This document shows, piece after piece, positions 27,758 to 36,712 of a stretch of 64,000 nucleotides of DNA. The notes under the pieces were generated by a model. The model was not told the origin of the DNA, did no database searches, and worked only from the letters and a program-made list of their open reading frames with translations. Made by a program: the position numbers and the translations under genes. This DNA is from an uncultured Bacteroidota bacterium. GTDB lineage: Bacteria; Bacteroidota; Bacteroidia; Flavobacteriales_F; PHOS-HE28. The stretch's first letter is position 1. Each line of letters starts with the position of its first letter. The stretch spans positions 15,541-79,540 of the forward strand of contig CADECG010000002.1 in the NCBI GenBank assembly GCA_902825795.1, in the 5' to 3' direction.

Positions 27758-28276
27758 ATGGCACTGGTACGAACGCTCAATGGCATCGCTCCCGCGTTCG
27801 GGAGCGATTGCTTTCTGGCCGAAACGGCCGTGGTGATCGGCGATGTAGTGATGGGGGATCAATGCAGTGTGTGGTACAACGCGGTGATACGCGGTGACGT
27901 GAACCGCATACGCATCGGTGACCGAACGAACATCCAGGACCTCGCCATGTTGCATTGCACTTACGAGCGGGCCGCACTTACCATCGGCAGCGATGTGAGC
28001 ATTGGGCACGGAGCCATCGTGCATGGCTGCACCATCCACGACAAGGTGCTCATTGGAATGGGTGCTATCGTCATGGATCACGCAGTGATCGGCGAAGGGA
28101 GCGTTATCGCTGCCGGGGCAGTGGTCTTGCAAGGCACCCGCATCGAACCCGGCAGTCTTGTTACAGGCGTGCCTGGCAAACGCGTGCGCGAAGTGGGCGA
28201 GGACCTCAGCAAGAACGAGATCGAACGGATCGCCGCCAACTACCTCAAATACGCGGGCTGGTATAAGAAAGGGTGA
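27758..28276 (+). CDS. gamma-carbonic-anhydrase family (left-handed beta-helix hexapeptide) protein
   Basis: Hexapeptide repeats. 'CSVWYNAVIRGDVNRIRIGDRTNIQD...LHC' with conserved His residues of the PaaY/YrdA/gamma-CA type. Confidence 0.75.
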   Translation: MALVRTLNGIAPAFGSDCFLAETAVVIGDVVMGDQCSVWYNAVIRGDVNRIRIGDRTNIQDLAMLHCTYERAALTIGSDVSIGHGAIVHGCTIHDKVLIGMGAIVMDHAVIGEGSVIAAGAVVLQGTRIEPGSLVTGVPGKRVREVGEDLSKNEIERIAANYLKYAGWYKKG

Positions 28277-29093
28277 GTTCATCACCGGCCCAGTGCCCCT
28301 TGGCCACTTGGGTATCGTTGATACCCAAATGCTGAAGCACGCCATGGAAGAGCTCAGGGTCCCCACTGGTGGAACATTGCAGCTCACCGGCTCGGTCATC
28401 ACCGGCGAGCGCGTCCGCTTCGCGCAGCACGTGTTCCACCCGACGCGCGATCGCCGGCGCTGGATCGATCACGCGGACCTGAGGCCCAACGATACGTTCG
28501 ATCAACGGCCGAACGAAAGGATAATGCGTGCAGCCGAGCACCAATGCATCGATGCCCTCGGCGACCATCGGTTCAAGCCAGCCGCGCAGCATGGCCTCGG
28601 TCTTCGGTGTTGCGTATTCACCCGCCTCGATCTGCAGGACAAGTCCCGGGCATGCCTGTTTGATGACTTTCACATCCTGAGCGAAGCGCTCAACGATGCT
28701 CGTGAACACCTCTCCTTGCACGGTGGCGACGGTGGCGATCACACCCACCGCGCCGGTACGCGTATGCTCCACGGCGGGCTTGACGGCAGGTTCCATGCCG
28801 ACGAAAGTCACTTGCGGTAGTTCAACGCGCAACGGCCTCAGCGCCGCCGCGCTCGCGGTGTTGCAAGCGATCACGATCAATTTGCAATCCCGCTCGAGCA
28901 ACGCGCGCGTAATACCACGGCTCAGACGCAGGATCTCTGCGTTGTCCTTGGCTCCGTATGGAATGTTCGCGTTGTCGCCGAAATAGAGCAGGCGCTCGTG
29001 GGGGAGCGCCTGCTGAATGGCTTTGGCAACGGTGAGCCCACCGATGCCGCTGTCGAAGATGCCAATGGGCCGGGGATCACCCGAACTGGTCAT
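28245..29093 (-). CDS. murI: glutamate racemase
   Basis: 'IGIFDSGIGGLTV' and 'VIACNTASA' active-site Cys motifs. Second Cys motif 'GCTHYP'. Confidence 0.9.
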   Translation of the reverse strand: MTSSGDPRPIGIFDSGIGGLTVAKAIQQALPHERLLYFGDNANIPYGAKDNAEILRLSRGITRALLERDCKLIVIACNTASAAALRPLRVELPQVTFVGMEPAVKPAVEHTRTGAVGVIATVATVQGEVFTSIVERFAQDVKVIKQACPGLVLQIEAGEYATPKTEAMLRGWLEPMVAEGIDALVLGCTHYPFVRPLIERIVGPQVRVIDPAPAIARRVEHVLREADALAGDDRAGELQCSTSGDPELFHGVLQHLGINDTQVAKGHWAGDELTLSYTSPRI

Positions 29094-29097
29094 TGCC

Positions 29098-29598
29098 TTA
29101 TTGGATACCGAGCTTGGCCTTCACCTTGTTCAGGATATCGTCGCCCTTGTCGAAGTAGAGCACGATGCCCACGCTGCTATCGAAGATGTAGGTGTAGTTG
29201 CCTTCCTCGGCCACGGCTTTCACTGCGCCGTTCGCGCGATCCACCATCGGCTTCAGGAGCTCATCCTGGAGTTTCGCCAGATCCTCTTGTGCTTTCTCGT
29301 TGGCGGCACCGATCCGCTGTTCCATGTCCTGCAATTCCTGCGCGGCCATTTCTTTTTCGGTCTCGGTCATGGTGGCCACCTTGCCCTGAAGCTCGGCACG
29401 ACGCGCATCGTACTCCGCGCCCATGGCCTTGATACGGGCATCCAGACCTTGCGCCACTTCCTGCATTTTGGCTTCAGCGCCGGCGCGCTCGGGGAGAGCG
29501 AGCATCAGCGTTTTCATATCGATATGGCCCAGTTTGCCTTGCGCCATGGCTGGCATGGTGGCGATCACAAGAGCTACTGCGGTAAGGAATTTCTTCAT
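29098..29598 (-). CDS. OmpH/Skp-family periplasmic chaperone
   Basis: Signal peptide. Coiled-coil-rich ~166-aa protein. Position immediately downstream of bamA is typical. Confidence 0.75.
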   Translation of the reverse strand: MKKFLTAVALVIATMPAMAQGKLGHIDMKTLMLALPERAGAEAKMQEVAQGLDARIKAMGAEYDARRAELQGKVATMTETEKEMAAQELQDMEQRIGAANEKAQEDLAKLQDELLKPMVDRANGAVKAVAEEGNYTYIFDSSVGIVLYFDKGDDILNKVKAKLGIQ

Positions 29599-29644
29599 CT
29601 GCTTGGGTTATTGGGGTGGACGATCATCCACCCGTACGTAAGGG

Positions 29645-30319
29645 TTATCGGGGTTTTCCTGTTGAATTGCCTCCATCGTTACCACCGCCGCGGGGCGGGG
29701 CCACTTCTTTCGGGGCCTCGTCCTTTTCATCACCTCCACCTCCATCGTCTTCCTGCTCATCGTTGCCGCGTGTGTTACCGCTATCAGAGTCCTTGTCGTC
29801 CTTGATACCGAGCTTCCGCATCACGGCGCTGGTCTTGTCCAACTTCTGGTTGGCAAACAGGATGCCACTCGCTCCGCCAAGCTCGAAGATGGCAGCGTAG
29901 TTGGTGCCTGCAAGCTCTTTCACGGCTTGGTAGATCTGGTCTTGGATCGGCTGGATCAACTCTTGACGCTTCTTGAAAATGTCGCCTCCCACACCGAACC
30001 GTTTCTTCTGAAGGTCACGCGCCTCACGTTCGCGCTTCTCGATCTCATCCACTCGGCTCCGCTTCATTTCCTCAGTGAGCAGAATGGCCTCCGCATTGTA
30101 GGCTTCGCGCATGCGCTTGATCATGGCATGACGCTCTTCCACTTCGGTTTGCCATTGCGCGCTGATGCGGTCCAGCTCCTGCTGCGCTGCCTCGTACTCG
30201 GGCATCCGTTCCAGAATGTACTTGGTATCCACGAACGCGACTTTCGTCTGTGCATTGGCACGTGGTACCCACGCCATTGCAACGAACACCAGCGGGGCTA
30301 TGAGATTGATGCGCTTCAT
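29645..30319 (-). CDS. OmpH/Skp-family periplasmic chaperone (second copy, with Gly/Asp/Glu-rich C-terminal tail)
   Basis: Signal peptide 'MKRINLIAPLVFVAMAWVPRANAQ'. 'KVAFVDTKYILERMPEY' OmpH-like start. Disordered acidic tail. Confidence 0.7.
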   Translation of the reverse strand: MKRINLIAPLVFVAMAWVPRANAQTKVAFVDTKYILERMPEYEAAQQELDRISAQWQTEVEERHAMIKRMREAYNAEAILLTEEMKRSRVDEIEKREREARDLQKKRFGVGGDIFKKRQELIQPIQDQIYQAVKELAGTNYAAIFELGGASGILFANQKLDKTSAVMRKLGIKDDKDSDSGNTRGNDEQEDDGGGGDEKDEAPKEVAPPRGGGNDGGNSTGKPR

Positions 30320-30350
30320 GTTGAAGGGTGTCGAAAGTAGGTGGGGGTGC

Positions 30351-32918
30351 TCAGAGTTCGCCAAGGTCTATGCCAATGGAGAAGTGGAACTGGCCTTTGG
30401 CCATGAACGGTGCCGTGGGCACATCGTCCAGTCGCCAGCCGTAGTCAAGGCCCATGGGCCCGAACATGGGCAGATTGAGCCGTAGACCCAAGCCGGCACT
30501 CTTGTACAATGCGAACGGGTCGAACCGGTCGAGACTGTTCCATGTATTGCCTGCCTCAACGAACCCAAGCATGTAGATGGTGGCGCTGGGATTCAGTGAG
30601 ATGGGGAACCGTAGTTCGGTGGAGTACTTGGTAATGAACTGAGAGCCCTCGATACGCCCGTTCGTGCGCGCTGTCAACGAAGCGTCGTCATAGCCCCGAA
30701 GCGCTATGATCTCCCGGCCGTCGAGGCTGAACCCGCTGAGCCCACTGCCACCCAAGTAAAAGCGCTCGAAGGGCGAGTCGCCGAGATCCTCGGTGTAGCG
30801 ACCGATGAAGCCGAAACCGGCGCGGGTCATCAGCACAAGTTCATGTCCCGCCTTCTGTCGGGTAAGGCGCGTGAACCATTGTGTGGTGAATTTCCACTTG
30901 TGGAACTCAGGCCATTTGTAGCGCTCGGCATCGCTGAGGCTCTCGAAATCACGATGGCCTTGGAACCAACTGTAAGGCGCTGTCGCCTTCACACTGAAGA
31001 GTATGCTGCTGCCTTGGCGGGCGAAGAAGGGGTTATCGATGGAGTTGCGGTTGATGCTCAGTTGATAGGCCAACACGTTGCTGGTGCCATCGCTGAAACT
31101 GAAGAGACTGCGATAATTATCGAGGATATAGCGCTGATAGCTGAGCGTATGGCGCAGTATGAAGTAGTCATCCGGCACCGCAAGGCGTTTGCCCAAGCCA
31201 ACTGTTGCACCAATGATGCGCAATTGTTGTCGATCCGGGTCTTCGCGATCCAACCCGTTGGTCTGTATGTTGTAATACCCCGAGACACTGAATGCATTCG
31301 GCTTGTGACCACCGAGCCAAGGTTCCACGAAACTGAGGCTGTAGCTCTGGAAGAAACGACCGGTGGTCTGCACACGCAGGTTGAGCGTTTGTCCATCCCC
31401 CGCAGGCAACGGCGACCATGCGCTCTTCTTGAAGAGGTTACGCATACTGAAGTTCGTGAACGAAAGGCCCACGGACAGCACCAAGCGGCCAGCGCCGTAG
31501 CCCCCGCTCAATTCCAACCGATCACTGGGTTTTTCCTCCACGGTATACTCCAAGTCCACTAAGCCGGTGCGCGGGTCCTGTATAGGATTCACACCGAGCT
31601 TCTCCGGATCGAAGTAGCCCAGATTGGCCAATTCACGCTGGCTACGCAGCACATCGCTACGATCGAAAAGATCACCGGGGCGTGTGTAAATCTCCCGGCG
31701 GATCACATGATCGAAGGTCTTTGTATTTCCCTTGATGATCACGCTGCGGATACGGTACTGCTTGCCTTCGCGGAGGCGCACTTCCAAGTCGATGCTATCG
31801 CCCTCGGTGGCCAGTTCGATCGCTTCGGGATAGAAGCTCAAATAGCCGTGGTCCATGTATAGCGAACTGATGTCACGCCCACTCTGGCTCATGTACAGCC
31901 GACTATCCAGCAACGACTTGTTGTAGATGTCGCCACGTTTGATGTCGAGGATGGCGAACAGCGTGTCCGTCCTGTACTTGGTATTGCCCGTGAAACGAAT
32001 GTCGCGGAAGTAGAAGCGGCGGTCCTCCTCAATGACGATATCAACCTTGATCCTTCGCTTGGAGACCTGGTAGGTGGTATCGTGCACGATGCTCGCGTTG
32101 CGGAAGCCCAAGCTGTTGTACAGGTCTACCACCTTCGCCTTGTCCGCCTTATAGTCCGCTGCAATGAACTTGCTTGAACCGAAGATGTTCCACCAGCGCT
32201 TCCGTTTGGTCTCCTTCATGGCCCGCCTCAACTTGGCATCCTTGATGTTCACGTTGCCGGAGAAATCAACGTCCTGGATACGGATACGCGGGCCTCTGTC
32301 AACATCGATGAAAAGCATCTCGCCATTCGTCATCAACGAATCGGGGTAGTGCCGTATGCCAACGGTGGCGTTGAGGAACCCTTTGTCGACGTAGTGGCTC
32401 TTCACCACTTCCTGCACCATGCTCATGCGAGTGGCGTTCAACTGCTGGCCACTCTCCAAATGCAGTTCGTCGCGCAGCTTTTCAGCGTCGCCACGTGTAA
32501 TGCCATTGAACTTAAAGCGGCTCAACTTCGGGTTCTCCCGAACGATGATGTTGAGGAAGATCACGCTGCCACGGATCTCCGCGGCTTCGATACGCACGTC
32601 GGCAAAGAGCTTCTGCTCCCACAGGCGCTCGATAGCATCGGTGATCTTGGGGCCGGGCACCATCAACTTCTGCCCTACTTGTAGATTGGTGAAGAGCTTT
32701 ACCGCGTTCGCGTCGGTGTGGTTGGCACCGCTCACGGTAATACCGCCGATCTCGTATTCACGGGCAAAATTGGCGTCCATGACCGGACCCGTGGTCGTTT
32801 GAGCGGATACCGTAGCGCTGTTCAACAGCGCAGCCGCGAAGCATAGGGTGAGGAACAGCCTCACTTTGGGGAACGTGCGCTGAACTGCAGCATCACGGGA
32901 ATTCATGCGGGCCATCAT
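30351..32918 (-). CDS. bamA: outer membrane protein assembly factor BamA
   Basis: ~855 aa. Signal peptide, multiple POTRA-like repeats, C-terminal Omp85 barrel ending 'FHFSIGIDLGEL'. Followed by the ompH genes. Confidence 0.85.
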   Translation of the reverse strand: MMARMNSRDAAVQRTFPKVRLFLTLCFAAALLNSATVSAQTTTGPVMDANFAREYEIGGITVSGANHTDANAVKLFTNLQVGQKLMVPGPKITDAIERLWEQKLFADVRIEAAEIRGSVIFLNIIVRENPKLSRFKFNGITRGDAEKLRDELHLESGQQLNATRMSMVQEVVKSHYVDKGFLNATVGIRHYPDSLMTNGEMLFIDVDRGPRIRIQDVDFSGNVNIKDAKLRRAMKETKRKRWWNIFGSSKFIAADYKADKAKVVDLYNSLGFRNASIVHDTTYQVSKRRIKVDIVIEEDRRFYFRDIRFTGNTKYRTDTLFAILDIKRGDIYNKSLLDSRLYMSQSGRDISSLYMDHGYLSFYPEAIELATEGDSIDLEVRLREGKQYRIRSVIIKGNTKTFDHVIRREIYTRPGDLFDRSDVLRSQRELANLGYFDPEKLGVNPIQDPRTGLVDLEYTVEEKPSDRLELSGGYGAGRLVLSVGLSFTNFSMRNLFKKSAWSPLPAGDGQTLNLRVQTTGRFFQSYSLSFVEPWLGGHKPNAFSVSGYYNIQTNGLDREDPDRQQLRIIGATVGLGKRLAVPDDYFILRHTLSYQRYILDNYRSLFSFSDGTSNVLAYQLSINRNSIDNPFFARQGSSILFSVKATAPYSWFQGHRDFESLSDAERYKWPEFHKWKFTTQWFTRLTRQKAGHELVLMTRAGFGFIGRYTEDLGDSPFERFYLGGSGLSGFSLDGREIIALRGYDDASLTARTNGRIEGSQFITKYSTELRFPISLNPSATIYMLGFVEAGNTWNSLDRFDPFALYKSAGLGLRLNLPMFGPMGLDYGWRLDDVPTAPFMAKGQFHFSIGIDLGEL

Positions 32919-33685
32919 GGGTTCACCTGTTCGCTGATGAGGCCGAAGCGGCGCTCGCGGTTCTGGAAATCGAGGATGGCGTTGAACAGCGTGGCCTTGT
33001 CGAAATCAGGCCACAGCACGGAACTGAAGTGCAGTTCGGCATAGGCGATCTGCCATAGCAGGAAGTTGCTGATGCGTTGTTCGCCACTGGTGCGGATCAA
33101 TAGTTCGGGCTCCGGCATACCGTGGGTGGTGAGGTGGCGATCGACCATTGCTTCGTCTATCTCCTGCACACTGGTGCGACCATCGCGTACGTCCGCGGCG
33201 ATGCGTTTCACCATGCGCAGCAATTCCCAACGGCTGCTGTAGCTGAGCGCCAACGTGAGAGTGATGCGCGTATTGCCCGAAGTAGCCCGCATACTTTCCA
33301 TCAACGTATCGTGGCAGCCCTTGGGCAAGCTCTCCAAGTCGCCGATGGCATTCAGCCTGACGCCGTTGGCCATCAGTTCCTCCAGCTCACTGGCCATGGT
33401 GCGTACAAGCAAGTCCATCAAGGCATCCACCTCTGCGCGTGGCCGGTTCCAGTTCTCGGTACTGAAGGCATAGAGCGTCAGGTATTGTACCCCGATCTCC
33501 GTAGCACCGGTAAGGGCTTCACGCACGGAACGCACGCCGTTACTATGGCCCACGATCCGCTCCTCACCCTTGTTCTGAGCCCAACGGCCGTTGCCATCCA
33601 TGATGATGGCCACGTGCTTTGGCACGCGCTGCCGGTCTATCCGGGCAAGCAACGCATCCAGTGCTGGGTCCTCCGCTTTGTTCAC
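32915..33685 (-). CDS. uppS: undecaprenyl (isoprenyl) diphosphate synthase
   Basis: 'HVAIIMDGNGRWA' and 'LTLYAFSTENWNRP' motifs. No ATG upstream of the catalytic core within reach. Start provisionally set at a GTG ('VNKAEDPAL...'). The track's 340-aa ORF carries a non-homologous ~85-aa N-extension. Confidence 0.8.
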   Translation of the reverse strand: MNKAEDPALDALLARIDRQRVPKHVAIIMDGNGRWAQNKGEERIVGHSNGVRSVREALTGATEIGVQYLTLYAFSTENWNRPRAEVDALMDLLVRTMASELEELMANGVRLNAIGDLESLPKGCHDTLMESMRATSGNTRITLTLALSYSSRWELLRMVKRIAADVRDGRTSVQEIDEAMVDRHLTTHGMPEPELLIRTSGEQRISNFLLWQIAYAELHFSSVLWPDFDKATLFNAILDFQNRERRFGLISEQVNP

Positions 33686-33770
33686 GGGCGCGAAGGTCGC
33701 ATTCCGGGCCGATCGGAGGAGGGGCCCGAAATGGAAAGAGTGTGAAAGGGCCCGGTACGGGATCCAAGGG

Positions 33771-34619
33771 CTATCGCCTCCGCTCCCGCATGCTCTTATA
33801 GAGCTCGTCGCACTCGGTGAAGGGGCCACCGAGGAGAATGGTGATGCTGACGCCGGTGTACTGGTACCAATCACTGGTTTGGCTATCGCCGCGCATGCGC
33901 CCAGCATTGGGGTCGCCATTGCTGCGGTCGGCACCACTACGGTCGGCCAAGGCGGCGCTCAGGTCGCCATTCTCGAATTCCAGCACGGTATTGTCCACAT
34001 ATCGACCGCTCACATCATCGATGTAGTCCGTCTTCGTCTTGCGGATCCCCCATTCCAACTGAATGTCCACCCGGCGCAGGTTGAACTTCAGGCCGGCCCC
34101 GAACGGATAGGCCAAATGGTCCAAGGCATAGGGTTCGTTCGCACCGGCACTCGTACCCTGACCTTCGGTACCAAGAGGGGCAAGGTCGAAGACAACCCCA
34201 TTGAGGTCGGCCTTCGGGTTCGTGCGGAAATAGGCTGCACCCACGAACAGGAAGGGCGTCCAACTCTTCTTGTCCTTACCAGCCCTATAGGGGAAGAAAT
34301 TCACTTCAAATAGACCCGCCACTTCGAACAAACTGGTGGTGAAGCTGAGGTTGCGGGCAATGGCGTTCGGGTCTTTGCTATCGCTATCGAAAGCCTCGAG
34401 CTTGCTGTACAAGCCTTGGAGCCGAAAGGCGTAGCGTTCATCGAAGTTGTAGCGGTACACCAGCCCGATGGCGGGCTTCATGTTGTAATAATGCCGGGTG
34501 TTGAGGTCGCCGATGTAATAGGTTACCCCACCCGTAAGGCCGAGTTCGCTTACCTGTGCCCGTGAGGCCTGAGGCATCAGCAAGAACAAGTACAGGAAAA
34601 GGAACAGAAAAGCGCGCAT
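33771..34619 (-). CDS. hypothetical outer-membrane beta-barrel-like protein (DUF6089-like, typically encoded next to uppS/bamA in Bacteroidota)
   Basis: Signal peptide 'MRAFLFLFLYLFLLMPQASRAQ'. Beta-strand-rich. Family name recalled from the conserved gene neighbourhood, not verified. Confidence 0.55.
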   Translation of the reverse strand: MRAFLFLFLYLFLLMPQASRAQVSELGLTGGVTYYIGDLNTRHYYNMKPAIGLVYRYNFDERYAFRLQGLYSKLEAFDSDSKDPNAIARNLSFTTSLFEVAGLFEVNFFPYRAGKDKKSWTPFLFVGAAYFRTNPKADLNGVVFDLAPLGTEGQGTSAGANEPYALDHLAYPFGAGLKFNLRRVDIQLEWGIRKTKTDYIDDVSGRYVDNTVLEFENGDLSAALADRSGADRSNGDPNAGRMRGDSQTSDWYQYTGVSITILLGGPFTECDELYKSMRERRR

Positions 34620-34903
34620 GTGTTTCGTCCCGAACGGTCGGGCCGGGCTTCAAACGGTAAAAACGGCGCGAAAGGTATAGGGCCGCGCGACCGGTCGGCA
34701 TGGATAGCCGCCCCCTAGTACGCTGTCCATGATGCCATGCACTCATGCAACATGGGGGGCGCATCGGTGGAAAAGTGGATCCGTACAGGCCACAGAGCAC
34801 CCCGATCAACACCGCATTGTTAGCGGGACCGATCAACACGTTAGCTGTAAAACCCGCGCCGGTCGGCGGTTCTGAGCGCCCATAGGGGTCGCAATTTTGT
34901 GCC

Positions 34904-35557
34904 ATGTCCAGTCAGGCCTTCGAAGATCGTTATGCGTTGTTGCAGGACTTGCGCAGGCAAGGCCATGTGGAGTTGAGCGATTTCTTGGGGTCGTACAACG
35001 TTGAGCCGTTGCGCGAACTTGGATTGCTTGAGCCCTCAGGGCATCAGCATCCCTTCGAGCGGTACGGCGGGCTGATGCCATCGACAGCCGGTTTGCTATA
35101 CCTGCAATACGATTACTTGCGCCAAGTGATGGTGGTAAAGCACGCCCAGGCCGAGGATCTGCATGCGTATTTGATGTTCAACGCGCAGCCGCTATGGTTG
35201 CCGACAGGTAGCGGTAACGGCACTTCTTTCTCTTGGGCGGGCCACCATACCTACGACCCCACCATTAAGGATCGCCACGAAATGGAGCGCCTGCTTTCAA
35301 GCGGCTACCTCCCGTTGGATGAGGTATGGAACGTTCACCGTATCGACATTCTGCAAATGATCGCAGCACGACTGTGCGAATACCGCTTAAAAGACACCGA
35401 TGGATTGGTGTACACGTTGCAGCCAACGGAAAAGGGTGACGAATACCTGTACGGTGCACCAGCCCTCGGCCAACTGCTGCTAAAGCCCGGAATGGGAGCC
35501 GAGTTGTTCAAAGCATGTTTGCGCGATAGCGAAGAACGGCTTGGGGCTACCGGCTAG
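34904..35557 (+). CDS. hypothetical protein
   Basis: 217-aa ORF with GC-rich codon usage consistent with the neighbours. No signal peptide. No motif recognised. Confidence 0.45.
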   Translation: MSSQAFEDRYALLQDLRRQGHVELSDFLGSYNVEPLRELGLLEPSGHQHPFERYGGLMPSTAGLLYLQYDYLRQVMVVKHAQAEDLHAYLMFNAQPLWLPTGSGNGTSFSWAGHHTYDPTIKDRHEMERLLSSGYLPLDEVWNVHRIDILQMIAARLCEYRLKDTDGLVYTLQPTEKGDEYLYGAPALGQLLLKPGMGAELFKACLRDSEERLGATG

Positions 35558-35661
35558 GCTCGTTGAGATCGTTCGCCGCCGACTGCCGGCCCGCAAGGAT
35601 CGCCGCATTTACGGAATACCGCAGGGCCATACGCTGAACGCAAGCAACTGCGTTACTAAAA

Positions 35662-35781
35662 CATGAAACGGCTCTTCATCCTCGCAGTGATCCTTGTGGT
35701 TTTGGTGTCGTGTGCTTCAACACATGGCACGCGCAAGTGCAGCGGGCAGCGCGGTACCCGCGTGCCAATGGGCGTGATGTA
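35662..35781 (+). CDS. candidate small lipoprotein (39 aa)
   Basis: 'MKRLFILAVILVVLVSC' is a textbook lipoprotein signal peptide with lipobox. Lies in an otherwise empty 270-bp gap. Below the length threshold of the ORF track. Confidence 0.35.
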
Positions 35782-35827
35782 GCGACTGTTGTTCTTGGAT
35801 CATTCGCGACACGCGCATAGGACTACA

Positions 35828-36709
35828 CTACCCCGGCGGCCCCGTCCTCACGTCCAAGCCCCATGTCAGTTTGGTGCGCAGGGTATGCAGGAAATCCTGA
35901 TCGGGAAGGCGCACCAAGCGGGCTGTATGCGGGGCCTTGGTAATGGAGATGGGTGCATGGCCGCTGCATGGAACTGAACGACTGTCCATGTTCACCAAAT
36001 ACTTGTCCTCGCGAGCGTCGACGATGAGCGTGATGCGGCTTCGGTCGGGAAGCACATACGGGCGCACGTTGAGGTTGTGCGGCGCGATCGGTGTGATCAC
36101 CAAACTATCACAACTGGGATCGAGCACAGGCCCGCCGCAGCTAAGGCTATATGCCGTGCTACCGGTTGGGGTGGCCACAATGAGCCCATCGGCCCAGTAG
36201 GTGTTGAGGAAACGACCATCCACATACGCATGCACGCTGAGCATGGTGCTGCTATCGCGTTTGTGCACGCTCACTTCGTTCAAGGCGATGGTATTGGAAC
36301 CCAATGCATGATCGCCATCCACCCGCAATTGCGTGCGTTCCTCCAATGTGAAACGACGGTTCGAAAGCGCGTACAATGCCTTGTCGAGTTCTTCCACCGG
36401 AATGCTGCTGAGGAAACCCAAACGGCCCAAGTTGATACCCAGCACGGGCGTACCACTCGCCGCAGCCAGCACCACGCTGTCCAAGAAGGTGCCATCCCCG
36501 CCTAAGCTGATCAGCATTTCGGCACCAGGTGCCAACGAGCCCTGCGCTGTGTGCGTTACGGCGCCGGTAACACCGTGCCCGGCCAGCCATTTCGATAGTT
36601 CGGGTTGCAGCACCGGTTGCAAACCTGCATTGCGCATGCGCGCAAGCAGATCGCTCACCACAGGTGCCGTCGCGCCCGTCATCTCCCGGCCATTCACCGC
36701 TACGATCAT
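35828..36709 (-). CDS. nadK: NAD(+) kinase
   Basis: 'GGDGT' motif, 'NEV' region and 'TPTGSTAYSLSCGGP' motif. Confidence 0.9.
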   Translation of the reverse strand: MIVAVNGREMTGATAPVVSDLLARMRNAGLQPVLQPELSKWLAGHGVTGAVTHTAQGSLAPGAEMLISLGGDGTFLDSVVLAAASGTPVLGINLGRLGFLSSIPVEELDKALYALSNRRFTLEERTQLRVDGDHALGSNTIALNEVSVHKRDSSTMLSVHAYVDGRFLNTYWADGLIVATPTGSTAYSLSCGGPVLDPSCDSLVITPIAPHNLNVRPYVLPDRSRITLIVDAREDKYLVNMDSRSVPCSGHAPISITKAPHTARLVRLPDQDFLHTLRTKLTWGLDVRTGPPG

Positions 36710-36712
36710 CGT

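Noticed and set aside
34438-34905. 155-aa minus-strand ORF in the intergenic region upstream of 34904-35557
   Set aside because: It overlaps the start of the DUF6089-like gene and a promoter region. Its translation is low-complexity and Arg/Pro/Gly-rich. It is most likely non-coding.
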